This document shows positions 1 to 9,129 of a stretch of DNA of 64,000 bases, piece by piece (within the stretch, counting starts at the first letter, position 1; the number at the start of each line of letters is the position of its first letter). Origin of the DNA: Candidatus Nealsonbacteria bacterium (GTDB lineage: Bacteria > Patescibacteriota > Minisyncoccia > Minisyncoccales > UBA6532); assembly GCA_016186485.1 (NCBI GenBank), contig JACPLN010000008.1, positions 8,673-72,672 of the forward strand, given 5' to 3'. The notes below the pieces were generated by a model. The model did not search any database. It was not told where the DNA came from and saw only the letters and a program-made list of their open reading frames with translations. The position numbers and the translations under genes are program-made.

Positions 1-905
1 CCTGCCTTTGCCAAAACCTGTCCCCTTTCCACATCTTCTTTCTTCAAACCTCTAAGCAATATTCCTACGTTATCTCCAGCTCTTCCTTCGTCCAAAATTT
101 TGTTGAACATCTCAATGCTGACAACGACTGTCTTGGCCGTCGGCTTAATGCCAACCAGCTCCACTTCTTCGTTTGACTTTACAATACCTCTTTCAATTCT
201 GCCGGTTGCAACGGTGCCTCGCCCTTCAATTGAAAAAACGTCTTCTATGGCCATCAAAAATGGCTTGGCAGTATCTCTAACCGGCTCTGGAATATATTCA
301 TCCAAAGCCTTTGCCAGTTCTAATATCGGCTTTACAGCTTCGTCGTCCGCTGTTTTAGCTTCAAGTGCTTTCAAAGCCGAACCCTTGATTATTGGAGTCT
401 GGTCTCCGGGATAATTGTATTTCTTTAGAAGCTCCCTAACTTCCGATTCAACCAATGCGATCATTTCCGGATCGTCAACCATATCAACCTTGTTCATAAA
501 TACAACTATTGACGGCAAGCCAACCTGCCTTGCAAGCAAAATATGCTCTCTCGTCTGAGGCATGGGGCCGTCCGGAGCAGAAACAACCAAAATAGCGCCG
601 TCCATCTGAGCGGCTCCGGTAATCATGTTTTTAATGTAGTCTGCGTGCCCCGGGCAATCAATATGAGCATAGTGCCTCTTTTCCGTTTCGTATTCCAAAT
701 GAGAAATGGAAATAGTAAGACCCCGGGCTTTTTCTTCCGGAGCGGCATCAATTTGGTCTACGTTTTTCTCCATCGCCTTAAAGCCCTTCAGCTTCAAAAC
801 ATGAAGAAGCGATGCCGTTAGGGTGGTTTTGCCATGGTCGACGTGTCCGATGGTGCCTACGTTAACGTGAGGCTTCAGTCTTTCGAATTTTGCTTTTTCA
901 GCCAT
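1..905 (-). CDS. tuf: Elongation factor Tu, N-terminal ~300 aa (gene runs off the window start)
   Basis: Own minus-strand translation from ATG at 903-905: [29 protein letters not shown]...[26 protein letters not shown]. It is missing from the ORF track only because no stop lies in the window. It sits last in the order rpsL-rpsG-fusA-tuf. Confidence 0.93.
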   Translation of the reverse strand, partial: MAEKAKFERLKPHVNVGTIGHVDHGKTTLTASLLHVLKLKGFKAMEKNVDQIDAAPEEKARGLTISISHLEYETEKRHYAHIDCPGHADYIKNMITGAAQMDGAILVVSAPDGPMPQTREHILLARQVGLPSIVVFMNKVDMVDDPEMIALVESEVRELLKKYNYPGDQTPIIKGSALKALEAKTADDEAVKPILELAKALDEYIPEPVRDTAKPFLMAIEDVFSIEGRGTVATGRIERGIVKSNEEVELVGIKPTAKTVVVSIEMFNKILDEGRAGDNVGILLRGLKKEDVERGQVLAKA

Positions 906-976
906 AATTTTGTTTATTTTTATTTTTTTATTTATTTTATATACATTTATTATCTTATTACAACCTTTGGCGTTTG

Positions 977-1180
977 TCAAACTGGCAAGTCTTCAATTGT
1001 TAACTCTTCCAGTTTCTTGTTTGGGTTGTCCAGACCAAAACTTTCTTTGCTTTCTTTTTTGTTCAGCTTAACTTTGTACTCGTCAAAACCCGCCACTACC
1101 AAAGTAGGCTTGCCATTTTCAACAATAATAATTTTTCCGCCGTCTACCTCTATTATATCTTTTATTTCGTTTAAGTCCAT
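977..1180 (-). CDS. Small hypothetical protein with a weak Phd/YefM-antitoxin-like N-terminus
   Basis: 67-aa ORF filling the fusA-tuf spacer. [21 protein letters not shown] resembles the Phd/YefM core (recalled pattern, unverified). No toxin partner is adjacent. Confidence 0.4.
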   Translation of the reverse strand: MDLNEIKDIIEVDGGKIIIVENGKPTLVVAGFDEYKVKLNKKESKESFGLDNPNKKLEELTIEDLPV

Positions 1181-1197
1181 AATTTAATTGAAGATTC

Positions 1198-3303
1198 TTA
1201 CTTTCTTTTTCCTTCAATTACCTCCTGAGCTATATTATGAGGCACCTCTTCATATTTGTCAAACTCCATTGTAAACGTTCCTCTGCCTTCTGTCATTGAC
1301 CTTAAAGCGGTTGCATAACCGAACATTTCAGACAAAGGAACCTTTGCCGAAATAACCTTGAGATTAATTCTGTCTGAAGTTTCTTCAATTCTCCCTCTTC
1401 TGGCATTTAAATCTCCGATTGCGTCTCCAAAGAAATCTGCGGGGACAATGGTTTCTACTTTCATTACGGGTTCCAACAAAACCGGTTTTGCCTTTTTTGC
1501 AGCCGCCTGAAAGGCCTGGGAACCCGCAATCTTAAAAGCTATTTCTGAAGAATCAACTTCGTGGTAAGAACCGTCATAAAGAATCACCTCTATATCAACC
1601 ATTGGATATCCGGCTACAACTCCTTTATCCTTTGCTTCTTTTACGCCTTTTTCAACCGCAGGAATAAATTCTTTCGGTATTACCCCTCCCTTAATTTCGT
1701 CAATAAATTCAAAACCTTTTCCTTTCTCTTTCGGCTTCACTCGAATCCAAACATGGCCATATTGCCCCCTGCCGCCAGACTGCTTTATGTATTTGCCTTC
1801 GGCTTCCGATTCGCCCAAAATAGTTTCCTTGTAGGCAACTTGAGGCCTTCCCACATTAGCTTCAACCTTGAATTCTCTCCTTAATCTGTCGGTAATAATT
1901 TCCAAATGCAATTCTCCCATTCCGGAAATGATTGTTTCAGCCGTTTCAAGGTCGCTTCTTATTCTAAACGTAGGGTCTTCCTCGGCTAGTTTTTTAAGGG
2001 CCATGCCCATCTTCTCCTGATCAGCCTTTGTCTTTGGCTCTATTCTAATAGAAATAACAGGTTCTGGAAAAATAATCTTTTCCAATAAAATAGGGTTGTT
2101 TTCGTCGCAAAGCGTATGGCCGGTAGAAGTATTCTTTAGGCCTACGGTTGCCGCGATGTCGCCGGAAAAAAGCTCGTCAACGTCTTCTCTGGAATTGGCG
2201 TGCATTCTTAAAAGCCTGCTGATTCTTTCTTTTTCTCCCGAAGTTGAATTTAAAAGATAGGAACCCTTTTTTAAGCTTCCGGAATAAACCCTGAAGAAAG
2301 TCAGGGTGCCAACGTAGGGATCTGAAGCAACCTTAAAAGCAAGGGCCGCGAAAGGCGCGTCGTCGCTTGCCTCCCTTGTTATTGTTTCCCCGGTTTTCGG
2401 ATCTATGCCCTGGATAGAAGGCAAATCAATCGGGCTTGGAAGATAATAAACTACCCCATCCAGCATTAGCTGTACCCCCTTGTTCTTCAGGGCGGAACCG
2501 GCAAAAACGGGAATTAGCCTGTAATTGATGGTTGCCTTCCTTAAAACCATCCTCAGTTCGTCAACGGTTGCTTCCTGTCCTGCAAGGTATTTTTCCATCA
2601 ATACTTCGTCTTCTGCAACGATTTTTTCAACCAAATTCTTGCGCCACTCCTTTGCCTTTTCTGCTAGATCCCGAGGTATCTCTGATTCTTTTATAACCTG
2701 GCCCAGATCTCCCTCAAAATTCAAAGCCTTCATTGTCAAAAGATCAATTACGCCTGAAAAATTGCTTTCGCTTCCAATTGGCAGCTGCAAAGCCAAGGCA
2801 TTCGGAGAAAGCTTTTTCAATATGGAATCAAGGCTTTTTTCAAAAGAAGCTCCGGTTCTGTCTAATTTGTTTATAAAACAGATCCTTGGAACTTTAAATT
2901 TGTCGGCTTGACGCCAAACAGTTTCTGATTGCGGCTCAACTCCGGCAACTCCGTCAAAAACAACCACTGCTCCGTCTAAAACTCTTAATGATCTTTGGAC
3001 TTCAGCGGTAAAATCAATATGGCCCGGGGTATCAATAATGTTTATCCTATACTCATTATCTTGTTTTTTTTCTTTGCCGAAAGGAGTCCAAAAACAGGTA
3101 GTGGCAGCGGCAGTAATTGTAATGCCTCTTTCTCTTTCCTGCTCCATCCAATCCATAATTGTAGTTCCCTCGTGGACCTCGCCTATTTTATGCGAAATTC
3201 CCGTGTAAAACAAAATTCGCTCGCTTACCGTTGTCTTGCCGGCGTCAATGTGAGCGATAATTCCAATGTCTCTGACTCTTTCTATCGGATACGATCTTGG
3301 CAT
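1198..3303 (-). CDS. fusA: Elongation factor G
   Basis: [17 protein letters not shown] and NKLDR GTPase motifs with full-length EF-G-like sequence. Start moved to the ATG at 3301-3303 ([12 protein letters not shown]...), 7 nt after the rpsG stop. Confidence 0.95.
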   Translation of the reverse strand: MPRSYPIERVRDIGIIAHIDAGKTTVSERILFYTGISHKIGEVHEGTTIMDWMEQERERGITITAAATTCFWTPFGKEKKQDNEYRINIIDTPGHIDFTAEVQRSLRVLDGAVVVFDGVAGVEPQSETVWRQADKFKVPRICFINKLDRTGASFEKSLDSILKKLSPNALALQLPIGSESNFSGVIDLLTMKALNFEGDLGQVIKESEIPRDLAEKAKEWRKNLVEKIVAEDEVLMEKYLAGQEATVDELRMVLRKATINYRLIPVFAGSALKNKGVQLMLDGVVYYLPSPIDLPSIQGIDPKTGETITREASDDAPFAALAFKVASDPYVGTLTFFRVYSGSLKKGSYLLNSTSGEKERISRLLRMHANSREDVDELFSGDIAATVGLKNTSTGHTLCDENNPILLEKIIFPEPVISIRIEPKTKADQEKMGMALKKLAEEDPTFRIRSDLETAETIISGMGELHLEIITDRLRREFKVEANVGRPQVAYKETILGESEAEGKYIKQSGGRGQYGHVWIRVKPKEKGKGFEFIDEIKGGVIPKEFIPAVEKGVKEAKDKGVVAGYPMVDIEVILYDGSYHEVDSSEIAFKIAGSQAFQAAAKKAKPVLLEPVMKVETIVPADFFGDAIGDLNARRGRIEETSDRINLKVISAKVPLSEMFGYATALRSMTEGRGTFTMEFDKYEEVPHNIAQEVIEGKRK

Positions 3304-3310
3304 ATTTTTA

Positions 3311-3781
3311 TCACCAGGCGAAATGGGCAAAAGCCCTATTGGCTTCCGCCATTCTGTGGGTGTCTTCTTTTTTCTTTACTGCCGATCCCGTGTTATTAGC
3401 CGCGTCAATCAGCTCCTGGGCTAATTTTTCTCTCATCGGCTTGCCTTTCTTTGATTTGGCGGCATTAATTATCCAGCGCATCGCCAAACTGTTTTTTCTT
3501 TCCGGTATTACAGGGGTTGGAACCTGGTATGTCGCCCCCCCTATTCTCCTTGGCCTAACTTCCAGCAATGGAGAAGTATTTCTCATCGCAGCTTCAAAAA
3601 TTTCTACCGGCTCTTTTTTGGTTTTTTCTTTTACAATGTTAAAGGCTCCGTAGACAATTTTCCTGGCTATGTTTTTTTTGCCCCGCCTCATCAAGGAATT
3701 GATAAGTTTTGAAACTCCGGTATTTTTATAAATTGGATCGGGGGCTAATTCGCGTTTTTCTTTTTTCTTGCGCCTTGCCAT
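3311..3781 (-). CDS. rpsG: 30S ribosomal protein S7
   Basis: 156 aa, [20 protein letters not shown]...[10 protein letters not shown], typical S7 ends. Sits in str operon context. Confidence 0.95.
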   Translation of the reverse strand: MARRKKKEKRELAPDPIYKNTGVSKLINSLMRRGKKNIARKIVYGAFNIVKEKTKKEPVEIFEAAMRNTSPLLEVRPRRIGGATYQVPTPVIPERKNSLAMRWIINAAKSKKGKPMREKLAQELIDAANNTGSAVKKKEDTHRMAEANRAFAHFAW

Positions 3782-3783
3782 AG

Positions 3784-4194
3784 TTACTTTGCCTTTTTAG
3801 CGCCGTACTTTGACCTTTCTTGTTTTCTTCCTTCAACTCCTGCCGTATCCAGCATGCCCCTAACAACATGGTATCTTACCCCGGGCAAATCCTTTACTCT
3901 TCCGCCCCTGACCAAAACTATTGAGTGCTCCTGCAGATTGTGGCCCTCTCCCGGTATGTAAGCCGTAATTTCCATGCCATTGGTCAATCTGACCCTGGCT
4001 ACCTTTCTCAAGGCGGAATTGGGCTTTTTGGGGGTGGTGGTAAAAACTTTTAAGCATACTCCTCTTTTGAAAGGAGAAAAATAATCTTTAGGCCTGTCTT
4101 TTTTCGTATTAAAACCAAAAGTCAGGGCCTTAGCCTTAGGCTTCTTTTTTCCGGTCTTTCTTCCTTTTTTGATTAATTGATGGATAGTTGGCAT
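3784..4194 (-). CDS. rpsL: 30S ribosomal protein S12
   Basis: [13 protein letters not shown]...[19 protein letters not shown]...GVRYHVVRG, a canonical S12 sequence. Confidence 0.96.
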   Translation of the reverse strand: MPTIHQLIKKGRKTGKKKPKAKALTFGFNTKKDRPKDYFSPFKRGVCLKVFTTTPKKPNSALRKVARVRLTNGMEITAYIPGEGHNLQEHSIVLVRGGRVKDLPGVRYHVVRGMLDTAGVEGRKQERSKYGAKKAK

Positions 4195-4195
4195 A

Positions 4196-4339
4196 CCCCG
4201 TAGTAGAAATTCGACAACGAGTTATAATTTCGCAAAAATTCATTGTCGTTTTTTATCGTAAATTAGATATATTTAGATAATGCCCCGGAGTCTATTTCTA
4301 TCATAACTCGTCAAGAAATGTCGAATTTTCACTACGGGG
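4196..4339. mobile_element. Hairpin MITE-like element, copy 1 (144 bp)
   Basis: Left end CCCCGTAGTAGAAATTCGACA, right end TGTCGAATTTTCACTACGGGG (inverted). A second inner inverted pair is ACGAGTTAT/ATAACTCGT. Flanked by the direct repeat CATA (4192-4195 and 4340-4343). Confidence 0.6.
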
Positions 4340-4372
4340 CATAAAAAACGAAAGCGCAGAGCGCTCATCATT

Positions 4373-4401
4373 AATTTAACAAATCGTAAAACCGGTGTCA
4401 A
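4373..4401 (-). promoter_or_regulatory. Putative sigma70-type promoter of the str operon (TTGACA-17-TAAATT)
   Basis: Minus-strand reading gives TTGACA (4396-4401), a 17-nt spacer, then TAAATT (4373-4378). It lies between MITE copies 1 and 2. Confidence 0.45.
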
Positions 4402-4402
4402 A

Positions 4403-4464
4403 CCCCGATAGTAGATTTTGGACTTACTCCGTAAAATGAAATTTGTCCAAAATTCACTACGGGG
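4403..4464. mobile_element. Hairpin MITE-like element, copy 2 (62 bp)
   Basis: CCCCGATAGTAGATTTTGGAC...GTCCAAAATTCACTACGGGG. Flanked by the direct repeat TCAAA (4398-4402 and 4465-4469). Confidence 0.6.
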
Positions 4465-4492
4465 TCAAACAAAAAAGGCATACAAAGATGCC

Positions 4493-5317
4493 TTATAGTA
4501 TTATGAACGGGATGGCAATGAGCGACACTACCAAAAATATGGTTACTAAGCTTGCAACGCCGGTTATTATATCTTTGGTTCTATATACGTTTACTATGTC
4601 CGACTTACCGTTATGTATCACATGATCGAGAACAAGTACCAGAATTAAGGCAAATGTATTGAATATTCTTCCTCCGTCTAGAGAACCAATAGGCAAAGCG
4701 TTAAATATGGCTAAGCTAAGATTGACAAGAATAATCACGAAAAACAGAGAAAATACTGCTTCATTTGCTCCCAGGAACGCCCGGTTTAAAAGAAGGCCGG
4801 GTATTGCGAGCAGGGCAACAACAAAGTTACTTACAATGCCCGCTGACGACACTTTAATTTGATCCTTAAATCCTTTCTCAATGAGCGAAAGTTCATCAAT
4901 CTCGCAGAAAGCTCCGATTGGAAATCCTAAAAACAACATTAGTCCCATTGATCGTACTCCGACCCCAACTGACCTTGCCGCCACGCCATGCGACAACTCA
5001 TGAACAGCTATGGCTATTATTATGGCTATCCAGCCAGAAAAAATCGGTAGGAAAGGATTCAGCCCGGGAATCAGCAACGATGACTGGACTCCCGCCTTTT
5101 TGACTTGCTCTAAAAGAACTGAATCAGAGAAAAAGCCGAAGATCTGGTAAATAATCAAGTACAGCCCTCCTATCATCAAAAGAGGGACAACTAACACCCA
5201 AAGCCAGTTTAAGGACCTAATAACCTTTATCCTACTCAGCCTTTCTATGAATCCCAACCCCCTTTTGGTTCTAATAAAAATCAGGGGAATCCTTAACTCA
5301 ACAGTCTTTTCTGTCAA
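4493..5317 (-). CDS. Site-2 protease family (M50) membrane metalloprotease
   Basis: Multi-TM protein with an HELSH zinc motif (AIAVHELSHGVAARS) and a distal LDGG motif. Confidence 0.8.
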   Translation of the reverse strand: MTEKTVELRIPLIFIRTKRGLGFIERLSRIKVIRSLNWLWVLVVPLLMIGGLYLIIYQIFGFFSDSVLLEQVKKAGVQSSLLIPGLNPFLPIFSGWIAIIIAIAVHELSHGVAARSVGVGVRSMGLMLFLGFPIGAFCEIDELSLIEKGFKDQIKVSSAGIVSNFVVALLAIPGLLLNRAFLGANEAVFSLFFVIILVNLSLAIFNALPIGSLDGGRIFNTFALILVLVLDHVIHNGKSDIVNVYRTKDIITGVASLVTIFLVVSLIAIPFIIL

Positions 5318-5409
5318 TCGCCATTCACCTATTTTTTAAGAAGCTAAGATGTTTATAGCAGAAATTAAAAGAGGTGTCAATGCCTTATTTTTCTTTAGCA
5401 AGCTTAATA

Positions 5410-6048
5410 TCAAAAAATGGGCAGCTGTCCGGTTGTTAGGACGTAAAGAAACAAAGCGCCGAAAGAAACCAATTGGATTCCTCCCAAAAAAAAGATTAAA
5501 AAGATAAGAATGAAAAATCCGTACTGCGACATTATGACTTTCAATTTCCAAAACCTGTCCGGTAAAATAGAGAATAATAGATGGGAACCGTCTAGGGGCG
5601 GGATAGGAAGCAAATTAAACAAGGCTAAAAGAAAATTCATAATGACAATAATGCTGAAAAGGTAAAGCAAGGGAAGGGGCAAGGGAAGAAACCTTATCAA
5701 AAGCCCGAAGAAAACTGCCAGTAAGATATTGGAAAGAGGCCCCGCCAAAGCCACTTTTACGCTATCCCATCTTGGATTCTTAAAATTGTTTGGATTTATA
5801 GGAACCGGTTTTGCCCAGCCAAAAATTAAACCCTGCCCTGTTATGCTTGCAAAAAATACGAGCATAAGCGGAAAAATTACAGAACCAAAAAGATCTAAAT
5901 GGGCGATTGGATTTAAAGTAAGGCGGCCGGCGTATTTTGCGGTTTGGTCGCCCAGAGCCAAAGCAACCGTGCCGTGAGAAAGCTCGTGGATAATAACCGA
6001 AAACAGCAGAACTATTAAAGAAAATATGATAGTAATCTCTATTGGCAT
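5410..6048 (-). CDS. Site-2 protease family (M50) membrane metalloprotease, short form
   Basis: IIHELSHGTVALALGD...LNPIAHLD...PPLDGSHLL, an M50/SpoIVFB-like pattern. 212 aa, polytopic. Confidence 0.8.
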   Translation of the reverse strand: MPIEITIIFSLIVLLFSVIIHELSHGTVALALGDQTAKYAGRLTLNPIAHLDLFGSVIFPLMLVFFASITGQGLIFGWAKPVPINPNNFKNPRWDSVKVALAGPLSNILLAVFFGLLIRFLPLPLPLLYLFSIIVIMNFLLALFNLLPIPPLDGSHLLFSILPDRFWKLKVIMSQYGFFILIFLIFFLGGIQLVSFGALFLYVLTTGQLPIF

Positions 6049-6081
6049 AATAATTAATATATGCTAGCATTTATAATATAT

Positions 6082-6303
6082 ATGGCAAAAGAATGCGCAA
6101 TCTGCGCCAAAAAAGGAGTAAGGGTCTGGAGGCTGGTAAAACTTCGCGGCAAATACAACCCCACTGTCAAAAGATTAAAAAAACCCAATTTGCAATGGGT
6201 TCATTTAGCATCGGGCGTAAAGCCCCGTGGGGGCCACGCCCCTCTACGGGGAAAAAGAGTGAAAGCCTGCGCTAAATGCATCAAGGCAATGAGCAAGCTC
6301 TAA
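6082..6303 (+). CDS. rpmB: 50S ribosomal protein L28
   Basis: From the ATG at 6082: MAKECAICAKKGVRVWRLVKLRGKYNPTVKRLKKPNLQWV, which matches the L28 pattern (C..C.K....G...SH....T.R...PNLQ). Confidence 0.8.
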   Translation: MAKECAICAKKGVRVWRLVKLRGKYNPTVKRLKKPNLQWVHLASGVKPRGGHAPLRGKRVKACAKCIKAMSKL

Positions 6304-6309
6304 TAGAAA

Positions 6310-6381
6310 CGGGGTATAGTATAACGGTTATTATGCAGGGCTGGGGGTCCTGTGACCTCGGTTCAACTCCGAGTACCCCGA
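6310..6381 (+). tRNA. tRNA-Pro (anticodon GGG)
   Basis: Hand-folded cloverleaf. Acceptor CGGGGTA/TACCCCG, anticodon stem CAGGG/TCCTG with loop CTGGGGG, T arm CTCGG-TTCAACT-CCGAG. No encoded CCA. Confidence 0.8.
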
Positions 6382-6588
6382 CTGCTTTAAATTTGGCGGA
6401 AAATAAAAAGGCCCTACTTGCCCCCGCTAAGAAAATCTCTGTTAAAAATCTAGGTGGGCGCCCTCACCAAGCCGCCACGGCGGCTTGAAATTTTAGGCTC
6501 CCTTAAAATGGTTATCACAGAATCTAGTAAAGGGTCTTTGTAGGACCACTTTCATTATAGCAAAAACACGCGTCAAGGCAAATTATTT

Positions 6589-7188
6589 CTAAAACATTAT
6601 ATCCTCTTCGGCTCTTTTGTAATCGTTTATTTCTTCTGGAGCAAACCAAAAATTAATTTCGTGCTCTGCTTCCTCCGGGGTTTCTGAAGCATGGACTATA
6701 TTGTGTATTCCCCTCTTATCTCTGTTCGCGGCAGTGGCGTCGTCAACGGAAAAATCGCCGCGTATAGTTCCCATTTCGGCGTCAGCCGGCATGGTAGCCC
6801 CGGCAATCTTCCTGACCATATTAACGGCATGAATTCCTCTTACCACCATTTTTACCAAAGGGCCTGAAGTCATATAATCCATTAGCCATCCCCTGACTAT
6901 CTTGCCTATTTCAAACGGATCTTCGCTCCCAAACTCTTTTTTGGGATCTGCGCCGTAGGTTTGGTAATTCTTTATGGTTTTTTGCCCAATTCTGGTAATC
7001 CAGGCCTCGTCCTTTGGATAGTGCTCATCAATCTGATCTTTTTTGGGCTGGAACATTTCCAAGGCAATAACTTTTAACCCCCGTCTTTCAAAACGGGAAA
7101 TAATTTCTCCAATCAAACCGCGCTTGACGCCGTCCGGCTTTATGAGAACGACTGTTTTTTCTTCTTTTGGATGTTGTGTTACGGCCAT
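6589..7188 (-). CDS. ndk: Nucleoside diphosphate kinase (long form with an internal insertion)
   Basis: TVVLIKPDGVKRGLIGEIISRFERRGLKV...GTIRGDF...NIVHASETPEEAEHEINFWF. NDK motifs include the catalytic His (VHAS). Confidence 0.88.
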   Translation of the reverse strand: MAVTQHPKEEKTVVLIKPDGVKRGLIGEIISRFERRGLKVIALEMFQPKKDQIDEHYPKDEAWITRIGQKTIKNYQTYGADPKKEFGSEDPFEIGKIVRGWLMDYMTSGPLVKMVVRGIHAVNMVRKIAGATMPADAEMGTIRGDFSVDDATAANRDKRGIHNIVHASETPEEAEHEINFWFAPEEINDYKRAEEDIMF

Positions 7189-7218
7189 ATATTATATGTA
7201 TATCACCAGCGCAAGAAA

Positions 7219-7247
7219 TTGACAAATATAAGCATAAAGATTATATT
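7219..7247 (+). promoter_or_regulatory. Putative promoter TTGACA-17-TATATT
   Basis: TTGACA at 7219-7224 and TATATT at 7242-7247, 18 nt upstream of the 7265 ATG. Confidence 0.5.
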
Positions 7248-7264
7248 TTAGCCAGATCTTCAAA

Positions 7265-7687
7265 ATGAAAATATTCCTGATTTCTCCGGTTAGAGGAATT
7301 ACCGATGGAGAGCTTGGAAGAGTAAATCGTTACGAAAAGAAATTAAGACAACAGGGGCACAGCGTTCACCTGCCAATAAGAGACACAAACCAAGATGACC
7401 CCATTGGCCTTCGTATATGTCAAGACAACAGAAGGGCCATTAAAGAATCTGACGAAATCCACATTTGGTGGTCGGAAAAATCCCAGGGGTCTCTGTTTGA
7501 CTTTGGTATGGCTTTTATGGCCCAGCTTTTTCTTCCGAAGATAAGAATTGTTTTGGCGAACCCGAAAGACACAATGCCCACGCCAATCAAAAGCTTTAAC
7601 AACGTATTACTCACCTTGCATGGGATAGACCTCAAACCCTATTTATTAATGCTGGCGGTGAAAAAAGATGAAGGTAAAATCCGTTAA
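7265..7687 (+). CDS. Nucleoside 2-deoxyribosyltransferase-like protein
   Basis: MKIFLISPVRG... and SDEIHIWWSEKSQGSLFDFGMAFMAQ resemble the deoxyribosyltransferase-like fold pattern (recalled, unverified). Confidence 0.45.
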   Translation: MKIFLISPVRGITDGELGRVNRYEKKLRQQGHSVHLPIRDTNQDDPIGLRICQDNRRAIKESDEIHIWWSEKSQGSLFDFGMAFMAQLFLPKIRIVLANPKDTMPTPIKSFNNVLLTLHGIDLKPYLLMLAVKKDEGKIR

Positions 7688-8147
7688 GGATTCAATGATT
7701 GAAACCCAGTTTTATTCAGTGAAGCCTACCGACCTTAATGCTTTGGAAACAATATACGGCGGAAAAATAGTAGACCTTATTGACTCTCTTGCAGCGATTA
7801 TTGCCAGACGCCATTCTGGAAAAACATGCGTTACTGCCTCAATGGACAGCATTGACTTCGTTCGGCCGGCAAAATCAGGAGATCTCTTAGTGCTAAAAAC
7901 GGCTATCAATAAGGTTTGGGACACCTCTTGTGAAATAGGGGTAAAAATATTCGTAGAAAACCAGGAAACAAAAGCAAGAAAGCATCTCGCCTCGGCTTAT
8001 TTAACTTTTGTAGCCCTGGACGAAAATGGAAGACCGACCCCAATGCCAAAAATCATTCTTAAAACCAAAGAGGAAAAAAGAAGATTTAGGGAAGCCGAGG
8101 ATAGGAGGAAAATAAGGCTTGCAAGAAAAACAAAGATTCGAGAATAA
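7668..8147 (+). CDS. Acyl-CoA thioesterase (hotdog fold, YciA-like)
   Basis: YGGKIVDLIDSLAAIIARRHSGKTCVTASMDSIDFVRPAKSGDLLVL...AYLTFVALDENGRP. An alternative start at 7695 would avoid the overlap. Confidence 0.75.
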   Translation: MKVKSVKDSMIETQFYSVKPTDLNALETIYGGKIVDLIDSLAAIIARRHSGKTCVTASMDSIDFVRPAKSGDLLVLKTAINKVWDTSCEIGVKIFVENQETKARKHLASAYLTFVALDENGRPTPMPKIILKTKEEKRRFREAEDRRKIRLARKTKIRE

Positions 8148-8158
8148 CTCGAATCTTT

Positions 8159-9070
8159 TTATTCTATCTCGTGACTTGCGCCGTCGCTTATAATCTTAAT
8201 GTCGCCGTCTTGGTCTGTTCTTAAAATTTCAATTCCAGAAAGAGTTTCTAAAGTTTCCTGGTGGGGATGCCCGTATTTGTTGTCTTTGCCGACGGAAATG
8301 ACAGCGACTTCCGGGCTGACCGCCCCAATAAACTCCGGGGCCGTTGACGTCTTACTGCCGTGGTGCCCTACTTTCAAAACATCCGAATCGAGCTGTTGCC
8401 AAGTCTGACTTGGCTGTTGCTTGGCCCGGCCGAGCAATTGTCTTTCAATAGATTTGTAGGCGTCGCCGGTGAATAGAAAAGAGGTTTCTCCAAAAACAAG
8501 CTTGATAATTACTGAAGTGTTGTTGCTGTCTTTAAATTCTTGCCCCTCCAAGCTTTCAAAAGGATGCAGAACTTCACAATGGCAAACATCAATTTTTTGG
8601 CCTGCCTGAGCAATTATAATTTTGGCGTTTTCTTTGTTTAAAACTTTTACCCACTCCTTATATTCTTCGGTATCCCTGACAACTCCCGTCCACAAAACGT
8701 TTTTAACTTCATATCTTTTTAATACCTCAATAAGCCCGGCAACATGGTCATGTTCCGGGTGGCTCAAAATGACTAAGTCAATCGTTCTGTCCCAAAAAGG
8801 CATTTCTTTTCCGAGTTTCTCCAGAACAGCGGAGGTCGGACCTCCGTCAATTAAAGTTTGCCATCTTTCCGGAGTTTCAATGAAAATCGCATCCCCCTGG
8901 CCAACATCAAAGAAGGTGACTTCGAGAAGCTGGGGTTTTGCAAACTCAAAAGCCGCAACCCAGGCTAAAATATTAAGACAGAATAAAACAGCTAAAATTC
9001 CAAAGATAACAAAAACAGGATTTTTTTTCATTTTTACTAAACCTAGCTTAGCATAATCCAGCCCCCGCAA
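8159..9070 (-). CDS. ComEC/Rec2-related metallo-beta-lactamase domain protein, membrane-anchored
   Basis: FFDVGQGDAIFIE, LVILSHPEHDHVAGL and VLKVGHHGSKTS motifs. The likelier start is MKKNPVF at 9031. Confidence 0.75.
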   Translation of the reverse strand: MRGLDYAKLGLVKMKKNPVFVIFGILAVLFCLNILAWVAAFEFAKPQLLEVTFFDVGQGDAIFIETPERWQTLIDGGPTSAVLEKLGKEMPFWDRTIDLVILSHPEHDHVAGLIEVLKRYEVKNVLWTGVVRDTEEYKEWVKVLNKENAKIIIAQAGQKIDVCHCEVLHPFESLEGQEFKDSNNTSVIIKLVFGETSFLFTGDAYKSIERQLLGRAKQQPSQTWQQLDSDVLKVGHHGSKTSTAPEFIGAVSPEVAVISVGKDNKYGHPHQETLETLSGIEILRTDQDGDIKIISDGASHEIE

Positions 9071-9074
9071 AAAC

Positions 9075-9102
9075 TTGACAAATTATTGACTAAGAGTAAA
9101 AT
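9075..9102 (+). promoter_or_regulatory. Putative promoter TTGACA-16-TAAAAT
   Basis: TTGACA at 9075-9080 and TAAAAT at 9097-9102. Confidence 0.5.
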
Positions 9103-9129
9103 CTATCCTGTGGGGCAGGCGAAATAAAA

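Noticed and set aside
6276-6488. Track ORF 6276-6488 (plus strand, 70 aa) and 6093-6275
   Set aside because: The first overlaps tRNA-Pro and palindromic GC-rich non-coding sequence. The second is an alternative frame inside rpmB. Neither has a start context or a recognisable protein.
6382-6588. RNase P RNA, SRP RNA, 6S or tmRNA in the ndk to tRNA-Pro gap
   Set aside because: GAAAGTGGTCC only superficially resembles the RNase P GAGGAAAGUCC box. The region is too short. There is no SRP GGAA/AGCA helix-8 motif and no tRNA-like tmRNA end.
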